64,000 nt of DNA from the human T2T-CHM13v2.0 reference genome, Homo sapiens: the NCBI RefSeq assembly GCF_009914755.1, contig NC_060930.1. One strand, 5' to 3'. The notes beneath the pieces are model-generated. The model ran no database searches. It saw nothing but the letters and a program-made list of their open reading frames with translations, and was not told where the DNA came from. This document shows, in pieces, positions 55,780 to 64,000 of this stretch. How positions within the stretch are numbered: the stretch's first letter is position 1; each line of letters opens with the position of its first letter. A program made the position numbers and the translations under genes.

Positions 55780-55961
55780 ATGACTATATTATAGTATTTT
55801 TTATGATGCTGAGACATATACACACATATATATGTGTGTGTGTCTATATAAATACACACATATATATGTGTGTGTCTATATATATACACATATGTATATA
55901 TGTATACACACATGTGTGTATATATGTCTCAGCATCATAAAAAATACTATAATATAGTCAT
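55780..55961. repeat. Perfect 41-bp inverted repeat enclosing 100 bp of TA/CA/TG microsatellite
   Basis: 55780-55820 is the exact reverse complement of 55921-55961. Confidence 0.97.
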
Positions 55962-56149
55962 ATATGTGTGTATATATATGTGTGTATATATACATATATA
56001 TGTATTTATAAGCTAATTCATTTATATTCATTGGGGGTTTTGTTTCTACTTGATTGCTAAACCTGAAGAAATAGAATGTAAAGCATTACTTTTAGTTTAT
56101 GCTTTCTTGAATCTTAAGGTAATTGCATGATTCTCTTTATTTTAGGTTC

Positions 56150-56365
56150 AAATCTTAAACTAAGGATATCATAATTAAGTTCTAGATCATAGTTTGGCCA
56201 AGAAAATTAATGACTCAAAATCTCAAGTTCCTCATCTAAAAAATGAGCTTAGTAATCATAATAATATCTTTAGAGTTTCTCTAAGTCTTATATAAGTTAA
56301 TGCATATCAAATACATAAGAAATGTTGTTGTAAGTCCTCAATAAATAGCAGTCATTACTATTCTT
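56150..56365 (+). mobile_element. MIR SINE
   Basis: TCTCAAGTTCCTCATCTAAAAAATGAG..CCTCAATAAATAGCAG. Confidence 0.65.
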
Positions 56366-56414
56366 CTATACTGTAGGGATGATTTACAGACTGACAAAAA
56401 TATGAAATGTTTTC

Positions 56415-56770
56415 TCTCAGGTCAGTTAAAAAATGTATGGTGAGCCAATTTTGTTTCTGGCATTCTGCATGGCACTAGTGATATTAAGAAAAATAAAGTG
56501 TTATTTCTGATCTCAAGGAAATTTCAGAGTATAGAAGAGAGAGAATAAACATTATGATAAATAACTCAATGCGATGTATACATGATAAAAGTATGTAGCA
56601 TAAGTAAACGGTACAGGAGAGGAACTGAGTCACCACTATTGGGGGAGAGGAGAGCTTGGAATAATATAAGAAAATCTCCTATGCAAGTTTGAGAAGAATG
56701 AACATATGTTTACCAGATATTAAGAAGCGAGATGGAAGAAAAATTCAGGTGAAGTAACATCATGTATAAA
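56415..56770 (-). mobile_element. L2 3' fragment
   Basis: TTCTGGCATTCTGCATGGCACTAGTGATA..TGATCTCAAGGAAATTTCAGAGTA. Confidence 0.5.
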
Positions 56771-57126
56771 AAATATGTGCAAAGTCATATGACATATTAT
56801 AAATATTTTATATGTAATTAAAACCTCAGCATATTATAGTAAAACTTAGTAGATGAACATATGTTGAAATATATGTAGTTAGATATTGCTGGAGTGGGAG
56901 TGTCAAAACATAACTATTTCCTATTTTTATGAAAAATGCATGTTGCATATATTTGAAGTATTAAGACAGGTTTTTCGTTGGCTTCTTATATATATTTGTT
57001 TACATTAGCCTTTTCAGAAGAAAGAAATACATGCCCACAGTAAATAAATGCAAACCTACACAGAAGAGTACGTAGTGTAAAATTAAGGTTACCTTTCACC
57101 ATCTTTGCTCCATTCCAAAATAGTAA

Positions 57127-57451
<325 letters not shown>

Positions 57452-58367
57452 TAAGAATTTCTTAGGAATAATTTTTCACTTCTAGAAGTGTTAAATGAAT
57501 ATGAATGTCTGTATCAGAATTTTCCCAGTGTAAGTTTGAGGCAAATCATTTTGTTTTGTTTGAGCACAATCGTAGTTTAAAAATTTTAAAACATTGTGAT
57601 TGCATTTAGGTATGAAATGCATCGTGTAATTCACAACCGGGACTTCCAATTATTTTACTTAGGCCCAACAGACCTTGCCTGGTTTTGACGGGCCGCAGTT
57701 AAATTGCTGCCCTTGAGGCAAACTTGCAAGATAAGTATAAATATATTTTATGTAAATGATCATGTTACCCTTACTGTAATCCACCTTGCTGTTTTTCTTA
57801 ATAATATGTAATGAACATTTTTTTGTATTAGTACATATGAATTTACATTATGCTTTTTAAATAAATACATAGTATCACATTTTAAGCATGTATCATAATT
57901 TATTTAGCCTGTCCTGGAATAATAAATAAAGTTTTCTTTTTCTCTATGATTATAACAATATTGGAAGGAAAATTCTGTACATATAAATTCCCTTATTTAT
58001 TTGACTCAATTTGTAGATGAATGTATAGAAATAGATTAAGTTGGAAATTTGAGGTATTAACCATTTGTCTCTTCAATGTGTTTTAAGTAGTGTATGAGGA
58101 AACACTGAGACAAATGGAAGGGAAAATAAGTGATTTAAGAGTGATGGGAACTATCCTAAACCCTACAAATTCAAGGTTTCTCGGTGAAGCTAGAATGAAG
58201 TTCAAGGCTGAGACCTGCAGCCAAGCAGATATCGCCCGTTATTTACTACCTAGGCTTCAATAGCACTTGATAATAGGGTTTGGTCTTGCCAACTTTGACA
58301 TTTATTCGGATCCGCCTGGGAGATCAGGAGCCCATCACAGGCACCCCCCACCTGCCCCAGGAGCTTC

Positions 58368-58500
58368 GGCAGGAGAATTGCTTGAACTGGGAGGCCGAGG
58401 TTGCAGTGAGCCGAGATCACACCATTGCACTCCAGCCTGGGCAACAAGAGCGAAACTTCGTCTCAAAAAAAAAAAAAAAAAAAAGAAAAAGAAAAGAAAA
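58368..58500 (+). mobile_element. Alu right-arm fragment (AluSp/Sq-like) with A-rich tail
   Basis: GGCAGGAGAATTGCTTGAAC..GGGCAACAAGAGCGAAACTTCGTCTCAAAA. Confidence 0.9.
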
Positions 58501-58805
58501 CAGAAAACAGCAGCCTTGGACAAGCACAATGTAAGCCTACTGACAAAGCAAAGAGCAGGTAGTCCAGGGTGCTGGTGGGGTGTGCTTCTGATCCTAAGGC
58601 AACATATCTCTGTCACTGATACGGTTTTGCGTGCATCTTACTTTTGGAGTTATTATTATAATAATTGCCTTTAAAAAGTTTGTAGCGATTTAGGGTCAAA
58701 TGAAAACTCTCAGCGATAGTTGGTATTGTTTAATTTTTAGCAATCTAATAAGCAGAATGAGACTTCTCTAATTGTTTAAAATTGCATCACTTTAAATATC
58801 AATGA

Positions 58806-59811
<1,006 letters not shown>

Positions 59812-60229
59812 TTTTTTTTTTTTTTTTTTCCATTTTAATTCATTTTTTATTATTCTCTTTTAAAAGTGGAAATGTAGTCTTTATCATATGTGTTGTACAA
59901 TGTTCCCCCCTTCTTTTATATTTGTTTTTTGACTTTTCAATTACATTTATTGTGATGCTGTTTATTTAAAACTTGTTCTAGAATCCAAGGCTAATCCTGG
60001 CTTACAAACATATGTGTCCAGGGATATCACATCAGCAAATGGGACACGCTATCAGTAGCCAGAGGACCCCATTTCCACCACAGTGAACTTTTTATTCAAA
60101 GGCACTTCACTGAGACTGGGTCGTTAGATTTTCTCTTCTGAAATTGTGAAATTTAAATTATCAAATTTGGAAACTGTTGCAGCTGAGTCATGTAAATGTA
60201 CCCTGAACATTTTTAGGTTGTCCTCTTGC

Positions 60230-61470
60230 CTTCTTAGCTTTTCCTTCAATTAAATTATTTATCACCAATTATTATCTTGTTTTGGTTAGTCAAGTTTCTA
60301 ATGTGTATAACACAAAGAATTTTAACAGATACATTAATTACATTTATAAATCAGGATTTTACTTTTTGTTCAAAGCGATACGTCCATTTACCTCTGGAGC
60401 AACTTTATCTGTTAGCTTGTTTTCACATTATCATGTTTTGCTTTATACATGTAATTCAGTCATCCAGCTCAAATGATATTTGCTCTAAGAAAATTTATAT
60501 TGTTTTCTGGCTACTCAGTTTTTCTATTACTATAACAATTAATTCATATTTTCTCCATTGACTGGAATGCCATCTTTAGTAGACAGTAAGTTCCCATAAA
60601 ATCTGGTGACTCTACTTTTTGAAATATCTTGATTTATACTCCTAACTAGGAATATATAAATGTGCTTACCTATATTATATAATTTTTAATAATGCAAATT
60701 TATTTTACAACTGGTAATGTCTGCCTTAATCATCTTCCCTTTTAGATTTTTTTTTTGTTTTTCTCACCTGTTTAGTTGTCCAGATGAAATGCTAGAATCA
60801 CTTACAAAGAGAGTGACACATTTGTTAAAATTTTATGATAAATGCATTGAAGTTAAAAATAGTTTATTGACATCTTCAGAATATTGAGACTTTATATTCC
60901 AAAACAGGGTTATTCATATTTTGACCTTTTTAAGAAAATCTTTTATATGTTTCATTATTTTAAAAAACGTAGGTTCTGTTACTTTTATTGTTTTCAGTAC
61001 ATTCCACAGAAAACAGTGGAGTAAATATGCTTCTATCCAATTTTCAGCAGACGTGCAGCATCTGTATTTTACTGAGGCTAGTTCTTGCCTCTCTCATGGC
61101 TTTGTAAGTTTTAAACACTGGACTTAGCTTTATTTAGCTATTGTTAGTGTAATATGACTTCGATTTTCTTTTGTGACTGGTCTTTGTTTTTTCTTTTTAC
61201 ACTGCAGTGCTCTTAAACTTGCCATGATTTTCCTTGTGAAGATTTCTAAAGGTGTCACACAGAAAACCCTGTGGGCTGCCTTGTCATATTCAAATAGTTC
61301 ATTTTATTTCTTTCTTCCACATTAATTTAGAATGGATATCTTTGTCATGTTTTTATATTGTATTTTCTAATCTGCTGATAACAACATTCCATAAAATATG
61401 CATGGCTATATTTAATATAAAAGTATTTGCCACTAATACTAAAGTGCTTTTTCTAAACTTTGGGTGAGAA
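60230..61470 (-). mobile_element. Highly decayed L1ME-like fragments
   Basis: TTGACATCTTCAGAATATTGAGACTTT; TTCTAATCTGCTGATAACAACATTCCATAAAATA resemble antisense L1 ORF2. Confidence 0.45.
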
Positions 61471-61741
61471 GATTACTAATAAATCACTCCATATTTTCCC
61501 TTTTGGACTATAATATAATTTTACAATAAGTTCCATTTAATCGTCTTGTTCTTTCTTTACCATGACCTTGTGAGACGAGAGGTCCTTTCTTTGGTTACAA
61601 ATGAGACTGTGATCTTAAGTTACTCTCCTGTGCTCATTGAGCAGAAATAAAAGTGAACCAAAGAACAATTGGGGTGTTATATACTTTTGGAGAAGAATTA
61701 TCCATATAAGAAAAAGAGTATAAATGTGTTTTTACTTACAG

Positions 61742-62000
61742 GGGCAGACTAGAATTGCAGTGCACAGATACAAGAATGTTGCCTGCTTTGGAGCCAAGAC
61801 TGCCTTCCGGATAAAGGGCCCACAGAGAGCTGAGAGCTGTGTAATACCTCAAAGACTGAAGAAAAGAGTTAGACAGCCATCTTTCCTTAGAGGATTTTGC
61901 TGCAGACAGCTTGAACTACCAGAAGGTTATATACTGACCATGGGTAGAGTAAGGAAGAAATACATCCTTCGGAAAGGACAATGAAGATCTTTACAGCAGG
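61742..62000 (+). other. Candidate internal exon of a spliced (probably non-coding) transcript
   Basis: Acceptor TTTTTACTTACAG ending 61741; donor AGG|GTGAGT at 62001; locally GC-richer, non-repeat. Confidence 0.4.
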
Positions 62001-62073
62001 GTGAGTAAACAGGCCAGTGTAAGTCGCTAAGCAAGAATGCCACTTGCTAGGTGGTATACAGTTGCTCAGTGTA

Positions 62074-62095
62074 TCACACACACACACACACACAC
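62074..62095. repeat. (CA)n microsatellite
   Basis: About 11 CA units. Confidence 0.9.
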
Positions 62096-62708
62096 AAACA
62101 AATATTAGTTACACCTCTGAGATGGGATTCATAAACATTTAAAAGTTTACACAATGTTTAGATAACACTGACCATCAAACCCTTAATAATTTGTTTTGCT
62201 TTGCAGTCCCACAGGTCTATGCCCATCTATTCATTTTAGCATCTGTTTTATGTTTCATAATTACCTTTTAAAATTTCTGTCTCCCCTTTGTGCTATGAGG
62301 TCGTTTCAGCACTTAGGTGAGAATCTGAAATTGTAAAGATAGTTCAATTACATTTTCGTTGTTAATATAGGCGGGGTAAAGTAAAAGTGCTGTATTAGCT
62401 CAGAGGAGCAAAAAACAGTATAATCAAATAGATCTGTAGATACCAGAATTTTAAAATTCTTCCTTCAGGAACTTTAATGCCATTTAAAAATATTTATTGT
62501 GGAATATGTTAGACTTTGAGTCATAGTGATTTTTACCTCCTAACATAAAGCTAATTTTTACTGGATTTCTTCTGATAATGATGGTTAAGTGTGCAAGAGA
62601 TGGTATCAGTCTATTCAGCGTATTATTGAGAATCCCCTCACTCTCCTTAAATGAATGGCTTAAGCAGCAGATGTTCTATACCCTAAAAGATGCCATGGCA
62701 CGTCTCAG

Positions 62709-62895
62709 GTAAGAGCTGTCCTTGGAGTTGAATGTTATTTATTACTATGTAGGTACTAGAGATTCAGAAACTTAATGATTTTTTTTCCTAACAGAAACTC
62801 TTTTTTCGCACTATGAATAATTTACTGTTCTTTCTTCTTTGAACTCAACTGTAGAATTGCGCATAGACTAATTTTTACTTTCACTCCTTTCCCAG
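62709..62895 (+). other. Candidate 187-nt U2 intron
   Basis: Donor CAG|GTAAGA; branch CTAAT 62868-62872; TTTTTACTTTCACTCCTTTCCCAG|G acceptor. Confidence 0.4.
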
Positions 62896-64000
62896 GTGAA
62901 ATTAAACAAAAAATATAGAAACTGATCACTGAACTAATGACTTTAGATGAGTATACTTTTATGTAAATTTTAAAAGATTTGGTAATTAAGAATGAGTTTC
63001 ATTTCAACTTCATTGTTCATTTCCTCTTAATTGATACAACAATTTAATTCTAAACATGATAAAATCACACCTTCCTGTTGCTACACCTGCAAGCTTTTTA
63101 AAGTTTGTTCAGAGTTTAGATAGATTAGGAAATAAAGTGGAAAATAACCAGGCAAATATTATGTTTTATTAAAAAATTGCATTTCTGGCTGTGAAATACT
63201 GAACTTATTTATACATGAAAGAAGTTATATCAATATCAAATTGATATATTCAAATGTCTGATCCTGTCTTAAACAGGAAAACTACTTTGAAAGCAGCAAT
63301 ATTACCAACAATGAAGGGAAAAAATGTGTAGAATCATATTATTTTTAATTTATAAAATATCCTTGTTGCCAGTGGCAGAGACTTTTGATCATGAAAAGTA
63401 ATATTGAATATATTATTCTACAAACATTGAATTTAAGTGTTTTTACAAGCATTTCCATTGTTTCTTAAATCACATATCACTGTAAGGAGGATATAGTATC
63501 TCCTTGTTAAAACTAAGGCAATGAAAACATCAGGAGTTAAAGTAATCAAGGAAACACAATTATCAAATAAATTGGTACTACAACCCCCCGATTTTTCTGC
63601 CCTCTCCATTGTACTATATATACTATAATCTCCATATTTGGAATATTAATTACACTTTGAAATCTTCAAGAAATATAAACAAACACCAATTCCACACTAT
63701 GTAGGTATAATAAAAGTAAAATTTATTTACAAAGTAATAGATTTTCATTAAAATCTTTCAAAATTGTAGTATGAGAACCTACGTTAAACCACTGGTAGAT
63801 GAATTGCAAAGAATGATAAAGTAGAAACAGTAACTGTCCTGTTAATAAATAACCTTTATAAGCTATTAAATATTGTTTTAATAGCTTAAATATAAAGATG
63901 ATCTTTTTAAAAGCCTTGGACTTAAAAATAAATATTTACTTAGGAACTAGATAGAGCCAACAGTTTTGCCTAAAAGAACTAAGAAACAATAATCAAATAT

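Noticed and set aside
59960-60220. Possible old LTR fragment
   Set aside because: Could not assign to a family with confidence from sequence alone

Overview
AT-rich primate (very probably human; AluY present) genomic DNA, intergenic or deep-intronic, roughly half of it recognisable interspersed repeats: L1 of many ages, Alu/FLAM, MIR, L2, MaLR LTRs (MLT1, THE1, including a complete THE1A with both LTRs and TSD), an ERVL-type LTR and a probable MER53 remnant. No protein-coding gene can be supported; essentially all listed ORFs are repeat-derived or low-complexity. The most notable features beyond routine annotation are: (i) two long hairpins, a perfect 41-bp inverted duplication around a TA/CA microsatellite (55780-55961) and a 36-53-bp-stem pre-miRNA-like hairpin (41669-41791); (ii) fold-back templated insertions at nearly the same position in two independent Alus (about 7000 and 14700); (iii) a twin-primed inverted L1, an L1 with a 3' transduction, and an Alu insertion with target-site deletion; (iv) a consistent set of + strand splice signals at 61.7-62.9 kb (plus one candidate exon at 19.3 kb) suggesting a spliced non-coding transcript, with a CpG-retaining island upstream. 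Subfamily names are from recalled consensus features and need RepeatMasker/Dfam confirmation; boundaries of old repeats are approximate. No new biological system is demonstrated.
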